The translations under genes were made by a program, and so were the position numbers. 58,966 nt of DNA, from positions 1-58,966 of the forward strand of contig JAFGML010000035.1 of the NCBI GenBank assembly GCA_016927555.1, written 5' to 3'. This DNA is from Thermoplasmatota archaeon. Lineage in GTDB: Archaea; Thermoplasmatota; E2; DHVEG-1. Numbering within the stretch: position 1 is the first letter of the stretch; each line of letters starts with the position of its first letter. Below are positions 19,246-29,026 of the stretch, piece by piece. The notes below the pieces were generated by a model that did no database searches, was not told where the DNA came from, and saw only the letters and a list, made by a program, of their open reading frames with translations.

Positions 19246-19767
19246 TTATATTATTTTACTTGTACAATACTGCCTCATTGAGCACCGCTGACATCGACCG
19301 GGCTGGTTATGATTCCGCTCTACCACGCCTGAGCGAAGCAGGTGTCGCATCGTTTTTATCACTGACTCTAACTCGAACCGAAGCTTCGGATTAAAATGAA
19401 TAGTATACGGCTTCGTGTTGTACACCAGGATGCCCTCAGGGACAAACACCCCAAACGCCTCTTCGATCAACAGACAGTACGCAGCCAGCTGCAGGATATG
19501 ACCCTGCTGCGGCTGGGACTGCCCCCCAGTCTTCACCTCCACCGGCAGGAACTGTCCATCCCGCTGCAGGATATAATCTGGTTTTCCAGAGAGACGGAAC
19601 CGCTTGGAGAACAACGGCGTCGCAGGGACATTCAGATCAGTGTAGACCACGGTTCCTTCTGGGATGCCTGAGCGTTGCTTCTCACGAGACACCGATGACC
19701 TGATCCTGACTGCGTATGCACACAGCACACCTGCGCACACCACTAAGAGCAGACCAAAAATGAGCAC
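19246..19767 (-). CDS. Cas4/RecB-family nuclease C-terminal part with N-terminal TM helix
   Basis: GKPD...VEVK, QLAAY, CQRCSMRQYC; hydrophobic residues 1-20; GTG start. Confidence 0.85.
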   Translation of the reverse strand: MLIFGLLLVVCAGVLCAYAVRIRSSVSREKQRSGIPEGTVVYTDLNVPATPLFSKRFRLSGKPDYILQRDGQFLPVEVKTGGQSQPQQGHILQLAAYCLLIEEAFGVFVPEGILVYNTKPYTIHFNPKLRFELESVIKTMRHLLRSGVVERNHNQPGRCQRCSMRQYCTSKII

Positions 19768-19769
19768 CT

Positions 19770-20030
19770 CTATAAGACCACCTCAACCAGGAACAGACAC
19801 AACGCCACACACAACAGCACAATACCTACGAGGGCGTACCACCGTGAACACCGCATCTTCCTCTCGAACCCATCCAGTCGATCCCCAAGTTCACTATGCA
19901 TCTGTTTGCCTGGCTCAAGAAACGCTGACTGCGGTGTGTACCCCATGCGGTGCAACTGCCACGCGCACGCACAGTACATATACTGACCAATCTCAGATGC
20001 ACTGATGACATCGGTCTTCTTCGACGACAC
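19770..20030 (-). CDS. Small membrane protein carrying the Cas4 N-terminal motif
   Basis: ISASEIGQYMYC..AW and GKQMH correspond to the Cas4 N-terminus; C-terminal TM helix. Confidence 0.75.
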   Translation of the reverse strand: MSSKKTDVISASEIGQYMYCACAWQLHRMGYTPQSAFLEPGKQMHSELGDRLDGFERKMRCSRWYALVGIVLLCVALCLFLVEVVL

Positions 20031-20199
20031 CTACGCTCACACCACTGTATCCAGAAAGGACCAGACTATATATAGCTAGGAGGGGGATAGCTGAAACTAC
20101 CAGAAGGCACTGTTTGGTTTTTCCCAAACGTTTTCAGACAGTATATAAACGCTGACAGGTATAACAGGAAATACTACAATAGGAAATGATGTGAGAACC

Positions 20200-22200
20200 A
20201 TGAAAAAAGAACACGTCCAGCTGACCAGTGTGTTGTTTGTAGTAGTGTTAGTATGCGCAAGCGGCTTTGCATTGATAACCTTCTTGCCACAGAACCAAGG
20301 CTATAGCTATACACTCAATACCTTCACGTCTTATGACGATCTCCTTGCCTTCCTGCAGGAACGCTACGAAACCAGTATGAGCCAGGGTACTATGTACCGT
20401 GATTTTGGTCTCAAATGGGAGAATTCTGCTCCTGGAGTAGCCATGGATGCCGGGGAAGCACTCGGTAGTGGGGGGGCTCCTTCCTACTCAACAACGAATG
20501 TCCAAGTCATCGGTGTCGATGAGCCGGACATTGTCAAAACTGATGGCACCTACCTGTACGTGCTGGCGAACCAAACGATTTACATCCTGAAAGCATACCC
20601 GGTGTTCGATGCAACGATTCTTGCTACCATCTCTGTGCAGAACGTCTACATTAGCGATTTATTCATCCGAGGGGACCGTCTGGTACTGTTCGGCGAAGAG
20701 TACGAGTCCTATGACCCTGAGAAAGGAGACGTAGGAATCTATGGGAACTACTGGTGGGGTGGTTCTTCACAAACCGTGATTCGTGTCTATGACATCACTG
20801 ATAAAACGACCCCTGTGTTATCCAAAGAAGTGAAAATCGACGGCAGCTACTTTGACGCTCGCTTAATCGATGAGTACGTGTACCTGGTTGCCACCGAGTA
20901 CACCTACAACATTTACCGCATGATTGATGAGCAGAACTACACCCTGGAGATCCCAACGATACGGATTGATAACGACACGCAGAACATCTCTGCTGATAAG
21001 ATTTACTATGTGGACGTCCCAGAGCTCTCAGACACCATGAGCCATGTGCTGTCCATTAACCTGGACACCAACGAGGTTGACGAGAAGAGCTTCATGCTGG
21101 GCAGCTCCCAGACCATGTACGTCTCACGGGACAACATCTACCTTGCTTCAGCCCACTACCCGGTCTATGCTCTCTACATGACTCAACAGGGGGTGCCATC
21201 AACCGGTATCGATGAGACGACTATCCTGCATAAGATCTCTATCAACTCAGGGGACATCACCTACATCGCCCAAGGAGAAGTCCCTGGTCACATCCTCAAC
21301 CAGTTCTCCATGGATGAGCACAACGGGTTCTTCAGGATCGCAACGACCGTGGGCAACAACTGGGGCGAAGGCTCGCAAACCAGCAACAACGTGTACATCC
21401 TGGATGCCGACCTGAAGCAGATTTCACAGATTGAGAACATCGCACCTGGCGAGTCCATCTATGCAGCCCGGTTCCTAGGCGACCGAGCGTACCTCGTGAC
21501 CTTTGTGCAGGTTGACCCGCTCTTCACCCTTGACCTCTCAGACCCATACAACCCACGGATCCTTGGTGAACTGAAAATCCCTGGCTACTCTGAGTACCTC
21601 CACCCGTACGATGAGACGCACATCATCGGCGTTGGAAAAGAAGTCGACCCCAGCATTGATGCAGACAAGATTCACACCACCCACGCGGTGTACTACACCG
21701 CTATCCTAGGGGTGAAGCTCGCACTCTTCGACGTCAGCGACATAGAGCATCCTGTGGAAGTCGCCAAGGTCGTCATCGGCGACCGTGGCACGGACAGCCC
21801 AGTCCTGTACGATCACAAAGCCTTCCTCTTCGACAGGGAAAAAGAACTCCTGGTCATCCCCATCAGCTTGTATGAGATCCCACAAGCAACGATTGATACT
21901 ATCAATGAGAGTAACATCATAGAGATACCACAAGACTGGGGGCAGTTCACCTTCCAAGGAGCCTATGTGTACCACCTCAGCCTGGAGAACGGGTTTGACT
22001 ACCATGGGCGCATCACCCATCAGACCCCTGAGCAGGTGCAACAGCAAGGACAGGACTACTACTGGTACTGGGGATCCTCTGACACCGACATCACCAGGTC
22101 CCTGTACATTGGAGATAACCTGTACACCATCTCCAATGCCATGGTGAAAATCAATGCTCTCACTGATCTCAGCGAACTGACCAGTATTTCCTTTGCATAG
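20200..22200 (+). CDS. Secreted beta-propeller domain protein (Beta_propel family)
   Basis: Signal anchor; YSTTNVQVIGVDEPDIVKTDG, NQFSMDE, DPLF, LGELKIPGYSEYLHP, DHKAF. Confidence 0.9.
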   Translation: MKKEHVQLTSVLFVVVLVCASGFALITFLPQNQGYSYTLNTFTSYDDLLAFLQERYETSMSQGTMYRDFGLKWENSAPGVAMDAGEALGSGGAPSYSTTNVQVIGVDEPDIVKTDGTYLYVLANQTIYILKAYPVFDATILATISVQNVYISDLFIRGDRLVLFGEEYESYDPEKGDVGIYGNYWWGGSSQTVIRVYDITDKTTPVLSKEVKIDGSYFDARLIDEYVYLVATEYTYNIYRMIDEQNYTLEIPTIRIDNDTQNISADKIYYVDVPELSDTMSHVLSINLDTNEVDEKSFMLGSSQTMYVSRDNIYLASAHYPVYALYMTQQGVPSTGIDETTILHKISINSGDITYIAQGEVPGHILNQFSMDEHNGFFRIATTVGNNWGEGSQTSNNVYILDADLKQISQIENIAPGESIYAARFLGDRAYLVTFVQVDPLFTLDLSDPYNPRILGELKIPGYSEYLHPYDETHIIGVGKEVDPSIDADKIHTTHAVYYTAILGVKLALFDVSDIEHPVEVAKVVIGDRGTDSPVLYDHKAFLFDREKELLVIPISLYEIPQATIDTINESNIIEIPQDWGQFTFQGAYVYHLSLENGFDYHGRITHQTPEQVQQQGQDYYWYWGSSDTDITRSLYIGDNLYTISNAMVKINALTDLSELTSISFA

Positions 22201-22223
22201 AAGCCATCCGTAAACCAAAAGAT

Positions 22224-22301
22224 GAGAGAGGGAAGCATCCCATCCTGTATGCTTTCCATTTACTCCTCCCCTTCCTTCCCTCTCTCCCTTCTCTTTTTTT
22301 T
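22224..22301 (+). terminator. Putative terminator: inverted repeat plus pyrimidine/U tract
   Basis: GAGAGAGGGAAG (22224-22235) is perfectly complementary to CTTCCCTCTCTC (22275-22286), followed by a T run. Confidence 0.5.
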
Positions 22302-22376
22302 CTCCAGTGATCTGTGCTTTCTGCTGTCCGTAAAACCTATTAAACATGAATGGTTGGGGTGTTGTAGGTTTCACAG

Positions 22377-23684
22377 ATGAGTTCAACCCTTGGTATCCGT
22401 AGAGAAGATAAGAACCGCTGGGAGAGACGTGTTCCTCTCACCCCTCAGCATGTGCTCGAACTCCACAGGAACCATGGGATTGACACGATTATTCAACCGT
22501 CTCAGATTCGTGTATTTCCTGACACCGACTATCACTCTGCTGGAGCGCGTGTCCAAGAGAGTCTCACACCAAGCTCGGTGGTGTTCGCAGTCAAAGAGAT
22601 ACCGCTCCCTGTGTTTGAACACGGAAAAACCTACGTGTTCTTCTCCCACACCATCAAAGGCCAGAGCTACAACATGCCGATGCTGAAAATAATGATGGAG
22701 AAGCATTGTACTCTCATCGATTACGAGCGGATTGTTGATCAGACGGGGAAACGACTCGTGTTTTTCGGCAGATTCGCTGGTCTTGCTGGCATGGTGGATA
22801 CTCTCTGGGCATTTGGCAAACGACTGCAGTGGGAGCAGGTTGACTCGCCATTAAAAGAAGTACACTTAGCCCATCAGTACCAAAATCTCGATGACATTAA
22901 AACACATCTAGCTGCAATTGGTCGTACTATCCAAACCACGGGGCTGCCAACCTCTCTGACTCCTCTTATTATTGGTATCGCAGGCTATGGCCATGTCTCA
23001 GTAGGTACACAAGAAATCCTAGATATGCTACCGGTACAGGCGATCCAACCAGCAGACATCCCTCAGATCAGCGCCCATCCATCAAACAGAGTGATCTACA
23101 AGGTGGTCTTCAGAGAGGAGCATATGGTGCAACCAAATTCTGCTGATACCCCCTTCAATCTTCAACAGTACTACCAACACCCTGAGTTGTACTACTCTGT
23201 GTTTGAGCAGTATATCCCCTCACTGTCCATTCTGATGAACTGTATTTTCTGGAATAACCAGTATCCACGGCTCGTCACAAAGGATTATTTGAAAAAAATC
23301 ATGCCTAGGAAACCACAGCCGCACTTAAAAGTGATTGGAGATATCAGTGTTGATATCAAGGGGGCTATTGAGTGTACAGAGAAAATCACTACTCCAGATA
23401 ATCCTGTGTTTGTGTACTCTCCTGCTACCGATTCGATTCATGATGGCTATACCGGTGATGGTGTGGTCATCATGGCTGTCGATAACCTCCCTTGCGAGTT
23501 GCCACGGGAGTCCTCCCAAGCGTTTAGTGAAGTGCTCGTCCGATATATCCCCGAGATTATGAATGCTGATTACTCGGTCCCTGAGTTTGAGTCCCTTGCC
23601 GTACCTGATGAGATAAAAAATGCCGTGATTTTATATCGAGGTACACTCACCCCCCAGTACCAGTACATCAACAGATTTTTATAA
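22377..23684 (+). CDS. Lysine-ketoglutarate reductase (AASS LKR domain)
   Basis: GIRREDKNRWERRVPLTP, FFSHTIKGQ, LIDYE, FGRFAG, AVDNLPCELPRESS. Confidence 0.88.
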   Translation: MSSTLGIRREDKNRWERRVPLTPQHVLELHRNHGIDTIIQPSQIRVFPDTDYHSAGARVQESLTPSSVVFAVKEIPLPVFEHGKTYVFFSHTIKGQSYNMPMLKIMMEKHCTLIDYERIVDQTGKRLVFFGRFAGLAGMVDTLWAFGKRLQWEQVDSPLKEVHLAHQYQNLDDIKTHLAAIGRTIQTTGLPTSLTPLIIGIAGYGHVSVGTQEILDMLPVQAIQPADIPQISAHPSNRVIYKVVFREEHMVQPNSADTPFNLQQYYQHPELYYSVFEQYIPSLSILMNCIFWNNQYPRLVTKDYLKKIMPRKPQPHLKVIGDISVDIKGAIECTEKITTPDNPVFVYSPATDSIHDGYTGDGVVIMAVDNLPCELPRESSQAFSEVLVRYIPEIMNADYSVPEFESLAVPDEIKNAVILYRGTLTPQYQYINRFL

Positions 23685-23733
23685 GGTCAGCAGATACGCT
23701 GCTTAGCCACGAGTAACTCCTGGAGGCAGCCCT

Positions 23734-25062
23734 ATGAAACACGTTCTTGTTCTCGGCGCAGGCATGGTCTCTCGACCGATGATTCAGTACTTGTTAGATC
23801 AACCAGAGTACCACGTGATCATGGCGAGTCGTACTGTCAGCAAAGCAGAACACATGATCCAAGGGCACCCACAGGGCAAAGCGTTTGCCTTGGATGTCAC
23901 CGATGACAAAAAAGTAGAAGAGTTTGTCTCACAGGCAGACGTCGTTGTCAGTCTGCTGCCGTACACCTACCACGTGAAGGTCGCTGAGATGTGCATACGA
24001 CACAAGAAGCACATGGTGACGACATCGTACGTCAGTGACGCGATGAAAGCCCTGGATGCACGAGCAAAAGCAGCAGGGATCCTCATCCTCAATGAGTGCG
24101 GACTGGACCCTGGTATCGACCACATGTCCGCGATGCGCATCATCCATGGTATTACCAACAGACAAGGCAAGGTTGTCAGCTTCCGTTCCACGACCGGAGC
24201 ACTTCCCGCTCATGAAGCAAACAACAACCCATTCGGCTACAAGTTCTCCTGGTCACCCCGTGGTGTTCTGCTCGCATCCCGCAACGCAGCACAATGGCTG
24301 GAGCAGGGAAAAGAAATCTCCATTCCTGGTGAGCAGCTCTTTGAGAATTACTACCTCCAAGACGTCCCTGGTGTTGGCACCTTTGAGAACTACCCAAACC
24401 GCAACTCTGTGCCGTACAAAGACATCTATGGATTGCAGGAAGCTAGAACCGTCTACCGGGGCACGTTCCGGATGACCGGCTGGTGTGAGACCCTCCGCAG
24501 TATTGTCGCACTAGGGTGGCTGAGCGAAGAACCACCAAGGGGATTCACCGGGAACACCTACGGCGACCTCACCAGACACCTCATCAAAGCATCACAACAA
24601 GATGACCTCTCTACTGCAGCGGCACGGTACCTTGGGTTGAAACCCTCTGCCGCGATCATCAAGCGACTCAACTGGCTAGGACTGTTTGGCACCGAGCCAC
24701 TCCCCACAGACAAGAACAACCCCCTAGATTACCTCAATGTCCTCACCCTCAAAAAAATGTCCATGGCTCCCCATGAGCGCGACATGGTGGTGATGCACCA
24801 CGAGTTCATCGCACAGTATCCACGGCACCAAGAGTACGTGACCTCAACCCTGGTTGACTACGGCATACCAGATACTGACACCTCAGTGGCACGAACCGTC
24901 GCACTCCCCGCTGCCATCGCCGTGAAAATGATACTGCAGAAAACCATCGCCATCACCGGCGTGCACATCCCTGTCCTCCCAGCAATCTACAACCCTGTTT
25001 TAGACGAACTAGAGAGCATGGGGATACGGTTTGTGGAAACATCAGAGAAAATCACACCATGA
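23734..25062 (+). CDS. Saccharopine dehydrogenase (Glu-forming)
   Basis: LGAGMVS, TTSYVS, ECGLDPGIDH, YKFSWSPRG, YPNRNS, RGTFR. Confidence 0.93.
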   Translation: MKHVLVLGAGMVSRPMIQYLLDQPEYHVIMASRTVSKAEHMIQGHPQGKAFALDVTDDKKVEEFVSQADVVVSLLPYTYHVKVAEMCIRHKKHMVTTSYVSDAMKALDARAKAAGILILNECGLDPGIDHMSAMRIIHGITNRQGKVVSFRSTTGALPAHEANNNPFGYKFSWSPRGVLLASRNAAQWLEQGKEISIPGEQLFENYYLQDVPGVGTFENYPNRNSVPYKDIYGLQEARTVYRGTFRMTGWCETLRSIVALGWLSEEPPRGFTGNTYGDLTRHLIKASQQDDLSTAAARYLGLKPSAAIIKRLNWLGLFGTEPLPTDKNNPLDYLNVLTLKKMSMAPHERDMVVMHHEFIAQYPRHQEYVTSTLVDYGIPDTDTSVARTVALPAAIAVKMILQKTIAITGVHIPVLPAIYNPVLDELESMGIRFVETSEKITP

Positions 25063-25136
25063 CCGATATCATTTTATAACGTAGAAGGATACCGCTCTAC
25101 CAGGAACCACTCTGTATCCTCTGGAGGAGAACGACT

Positions 25137-26453
25137 ATGGCGATACAACCACAGAACGTCCATACGACCCTTGGCAAATACATGCTTGCCGATGGCTTTG
25201 ACCTTGTGTTAGATTTGAAAAAAAGTAAAGGGTGCCGCATCTACGATGCCCGTAGCAGCACCTCGTTCCTTGACGGCTTTTCTTTTTTTGCGACAGCACC
25301 GCTCGGCTGTAACCCTCCGCAGCTCACGGCACCTGAGTTTGTGAAAAAACTCGGTGACGTAGCAGTGAACAACCCGACGAACTCTGATATTTACACCGTT
25401 GAGATGGCGGAGTTTGTGGACACCTTTGGGAAGTTTGCAGTACCAAAGAACTTCCCACACTTGTTTTTCATTGCAGGAGGAGCCCTCGCTATTGAAAACG
25501 GTGTGAAGACCGCGTTTGACTGGAAGATACGAAAGAACATCGCACGAGGGAAAGGAGAACTGGGTCGACAAGTCATCCACTTCAAAGACGCGTTCCATGG
25601 ACGCACGGGGTACACGCTGTCTATGACCAACACGTTTAACAAGGATAAAACACGGTATTTCACGAAGTTTGACTGGCCGCGTATCACTAATCCTACAATC
25701 ACCTTTCCGTTGAACGCAGAGCACCTCACCACCGTTAAAGACCTTGAACACCAAGCGGTCTCTGAGATAGAACACGCGGTGGAGAAGAACCCTGATGACA
25801 TCGCAGCGCTCATCATCGAACCTATTCAAGGGGAAGGCGGGGACAACCACTTCCGCAAAGAGTTCTTCCATGAACTGCGGCGACTGTGTGATGAGTATGA
25901 GATGATGTTCATCATCGACGAGGTACAAACCGGCGTGGGGTTAACGGGAAAGATGTGGGCGTATCAACATTTTGATTTTGAACCAGATATCATCGCGTTT
26001 GGAAAAAAGACACAGATCTGTGGGATCATGGTCAACCGTCGTGTCGATGAGATACCAGAGAATGTGTTTCGAGTACCGAGCAGGTTGAATTCCACCTGGG
26101 GTGGCAACCTCATCGACATGGTGCGCTGCCAGAAGTACCTCGAGGTCATCGATGAGGAGCACCTGGTGAAAAACGCTGAGGTGCAAGGGAAACGTCTGCT
26201 CGAAGGTCTAGAAGACATACAACAGCAGTATTCTCAGAAGATCTCCAATGCACGGGGACGAGGGCTGATGTGTGCCTTTGACCTGCCGACCCCACAGCTG
26301 CGCGATGCACTGAAATCCAAGCTGTACGCCAATCATCTGCTTGTGCTCACCTGCGGGTCGGTGACGATACGGTTCCGGCCGCCATTAACAATTACTGCTG
26401 AAGAAATCGATGAAATACTTGCTATTGTCAAAAAAACAGTCCACGCCTTCTAA
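25137..26453 (+). CDS. lat: L-lysine 6-transaminase
   Basis: GALAIENGVKTAFDWK, FHGRTGY, EPIQGEGGD, DEVQTG, FGKK, STWGG. Confidence 0.92.
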   Translation: MAIQPQNVHTTLGKYMLADGFDLVLDLKKSKGCRIYDARSSTSFLDGFSFFATAPLGCNPPQLTAPEFVKKLGDVAVNNPTNSDIYTVEMAEFVDTFGKFAVPKNFPHLFFIAGGALAIENGVKTAFDWKIRKNIARGKGELGRQVIHFKDAFHGRTGYTLSMTNTFNKDKTRYFTKFDWPRITNPTITFPLNAEHLTTVKDLEHQAVSEIEHAVEKNPDDIAALIIEPIQGEGGDNHFRKEFFHELRRLCDEYEMMFIIDEVQTGVGLTGKMWAYQHFDFEPDIIAFGKKTQICGIMVNRRVDEIPENVFRVPSRLNSTWGGNLIDMVRCQKYLEVIDEEHLVKNAEVQGKRLLEGLEDIQQQYSQKISNARGRGLMCAFDLPTPQLRDALKSKLYANHLLVLTCGSVTIRFRPPLTITAEEIDEILAIVKKTVHAF

Positions 26454-26460
26454 ACCAGGC

Positions 26461-28122
26461 TTATAGCGACAGCTTCGTTTTCAACAATGATGCGACGTCA
26501 TCAATGTTGATTCGCTCTTGTTTCGTGGTATCGCGGTCCCTGACAGTGACCCTGTGATCTGAGAGTGAGTCATGGTCCACGGTGACGCAGAAGGGTGTGC
26601 CAATTTCATCCATCCGTGCGTACCGTCGTCCTATAGTGCCGCTTTCATCGTAGTAGGTCTCGATGCCGTGCTTGCGGATGGTATCGTCGATGTCTCGTGC
26701 GAGACGTATGAGTTGTTCATTGCTGATTAAGGGAAACACGCCTGCTTTGATGGGTGCCATCTTGGGAGTGAGACGTAAGACGGTGTACTCCTCCTCTTTT
26801 TTCTTGTCTTCCACAAAGTTGTGCTCAAGTACGAAGTACAGGATGCGATCGATGCCGAAGGATGGTTCGATGACGTGGGGGACAAACTTTTCACCACTCT
26901 GTTTCTCTGTGACATCCACAATGTCGTAGCACTCTTTTGGGATCTCCAGTGGCTCGCCATCAACAGTGACTGTGATCTTCTTTGCTGTTGACGGGTGCAG
27001 AGTCTCCAACTGTTCCTTTATTTTCCCTGCTGTACTGCCAAACCGTGGTCCAAGGACGTTCATCTTTGGGATGATTTTTTTGGTGGTAATCTCCTTTGGC
27101 TCATCAAAGGGCCTGAGGGCGTACATGTCAACAGAGGATGAGACGATGTGGGCGTTGAGGTCGTAAGCGGATCGATCAGCGATGCCGACGCATTCGACCC
27201 AACCGAACCGCTCGCTGTGCAGCTCGGCATCCCAGCATTCCGTGGCGTAGTGCGCCAGCTCATCGGCTGCGTGTTTCCGGAACCTGAATTTCTTTGGATT
27301 TACCCCCGCTTGCAGCAGGAACTCTTGTGTGAGGTACATGTAGTACGCGAGTGCCTGGTTGTTGATGACCTTCTTTTTCACGGCATCAGCGACTGACATC
27401 TTCAGTTCATTTATGTTGTCAAAAAGGAAGAGTTCTTTGTCTTGGACGGTAGGGAACAGTGGATGTGTTTTATCCTGCGGGTCGAAGAAGATTTCTGCCT
27501 CAGCCATGGAGAATTCACGTTGTCGAATCGTCCCCTGACGAGGGGATATCTCATTGCGGTAGCCCCTTCCTATTTGTACGACTCCGAAGGGGAGTTTCTT
27601 TCTATTGAATTGGTACAGTAGGTGGAAGTTAGTGAAAATGCCTTGTGCGGTCTCCGGGCGTAAGAACGCCTTCCGTCCGTCACCAGCACCTATGCTAGTG
27701 GAGAACATGAGGTTGACAGGGTGTGCATCGTGTAAGGATGCATGGCAGGTCGGACACCGAATGTTGTCCTCATTCATTGCTTGCTCGACACTTAGTCCTT
27801 TGTCAATGATGTCTTCGACTTTGTAGGAGCGTTGACATTTCAGGCAGTCAACGGTGAGATCCGTGAACTCCTCGACATGACCTGACGCAGCTAACACCTC
27901 GTACAGCGTGATCGTCGGTGTGCTGATTTCAACGCATTTGTCGTGTAAGACAAAAAAACGTCTCCACAGGTTTTCAAGGTTGTTTTTGAGCTGAGAACCG
28001 AGTGGTCCATAGTCGTAGAACCCTGCGATGCCGCCATAGATCTCAAACGAAGGGTAGATGAACCCTCTGCGTTTGGCTACCATCATAATTCTATCGTAGA
28101 TGTCTTGTGGCATCAGTGTCAT
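26461..28122 (-). CDS. glyS: Glycine--tRNA ligase (alpha2 type)
   Basis: YDYGPLG, LRPETAQG, RNEISPR, HVIEPSFG, IGRRYARMDEIG. Confidence 0.97.
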   Translation of the reverse strand: MTLMPQDIYDRIMMVAKRRGFIYPSFEIYGGIAGFYDYGPLGSQLKNNLENLWRRFFVLHDKCVEISTPTITLYEVLAASGHVEEFTDLTVDCLKCQRSYKVEDIIDKGLSVEQAMNEDNIRCPTCHASLHDAHPVNLMFSTSIGAGDGRKAFLRPETAQGIFTNFHLLYQFNRKKLPFGVVQIGRGYRNEISPRQGTIRQREFSMAEAEIFFDPQDKTHPLFPTVQDKELFLFDNINELKMSVADAVKKKVINNQALAYYMYLTQEFLLQAGVNPKKFRFRKHAADELAHYATECWDAELHSERFGWVECVGIADRSAYDLNAHIVSSSVDMYALRPFDEPKEITTKKIIPKMNVLGPRFGSTAGKIKEQLETLHPSTAKKITVTVDGEPLEIPKECYDIVDVTEKQSGEKFVPHVIEPSFGIDRILYFVLEHNFVEDKKKEEEYTVLRLTPKMAPIKAGVFPLISNEQLIRLARDIDDTIRKHGIETYYDESGTIGRRYARMDEIGTPFCVTVDHDSLSDHRVTVRDRDTTKQERINIDDVASLLKTKLSL

Positions 28123-28144
28123 GCTCCCATGGCAAAAAAGGAAT

Positions 28145-29026
28145 TCATTTGGAGGATTTAAACATGCATGACATCAGATCGATATCGGTGACCATGCCCA
28201 ACAGTTTGTTCTCAGGGCTGACGACGGGCACATGGCTGATCTTGTTCTTCATCATCTTGCGTGCTGTCTCAGAGATCGGGTCGTTCTTGTACGCTTTTAT
28301 CACATTGGTGACCATGATTTCTTTCACTGCAACAGGTGGGAGATCCACCTTGGTCGTCGAGTAGTACAACCTGATGGTATCCCGGATGCCCTCCCAGGTC
28401 CACTCATCCTCATCGCCACCCATCCCCAGGTTGGTCTGCGACACGCTCTCTTTGATGTGGCTGAGTTTGAACAGGTCTCCTTCGCTGACGATACCAGCGA
28501 GTTGCCCTTCAAGGTTTAAAATAGGCAGAGCAGTCTCGTTGGTGACACTGATGATTTCCATGATAAGTGTAATCGGGGTTTCCTGGTACACGGGGACGAG
28601 ATTTCTCGTGAAATAGTTATCAACAATGTCATCGTACTCATCGGTTAAGGCTTTGAGCACATCGGTTGGGCTGATGATGCCGACGATGTTCTTGCGTTTA
28701 TCAACCACGGGTAGGCCATGGATGCGGTGCTCGTAGAGCAGTTTCGCAGCGCTGGTCAGTGAATCGTCCTTCATGACAGTGATAGGTTTGGTACTCATGA
28801 TTAACGCGATTTGCTCTTCGTCAGGGTTCCTGAAAATATCGGAACGAGTGAGAACACCTGCGACTTTCTTTGTGTCTTTCTTCAGGATTGGCATCCCGGA
28901 GACGTTGTGTTTGGCAAGGGTTTTTAAGGCGTCTCGAATCGTCCCTGGTACGTAGCCAACGATTAAATCCTTTGACATCGCGTCTTCAATTTTCATCATG
29001 CTGTTATCCCTCTTCATCCCTATCAT
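28145..29026 (-). CDS. CBS domain protein (four CBS)
   Basis: Repeated hPhV...GhhTxxD CBS motifs; start uncertain (29026, 29017 or 28999). Confidence 0.9.
   Translation of the reverse strand: MIGMKRDNSMMKIEDAMSKDLIVGYVPGTIRDALKTLAKHNVSGMPILKKDTKKVAGVLTRSDIFRNPDEEQIALIMSTKPITVMKDDSLTSAAKLLYEHRIHGLPVVDKRKNIVGIISPTDVLKALTDEYDDIVDNYFTRNLVPVYQETPITLIMEIISVTNETALPILNLEGQLAGIVSEGDLFKLSHIKESVSQTNLGMGGDEDEWTWEGIRDTIRLYYSTTKVDLPPVAVKEIMVTNVIKAYKNDPISETARKMMKNKISHVPVVSPENKLLGMVTDIDLMSCMFKSSK

Noticed and set aside
19246-20030. CRISPR-Cas locus
   Set aside because: No repeat-spacer array, cas1, cas2 or effector gene is visible in the window; this is a solo Cas4
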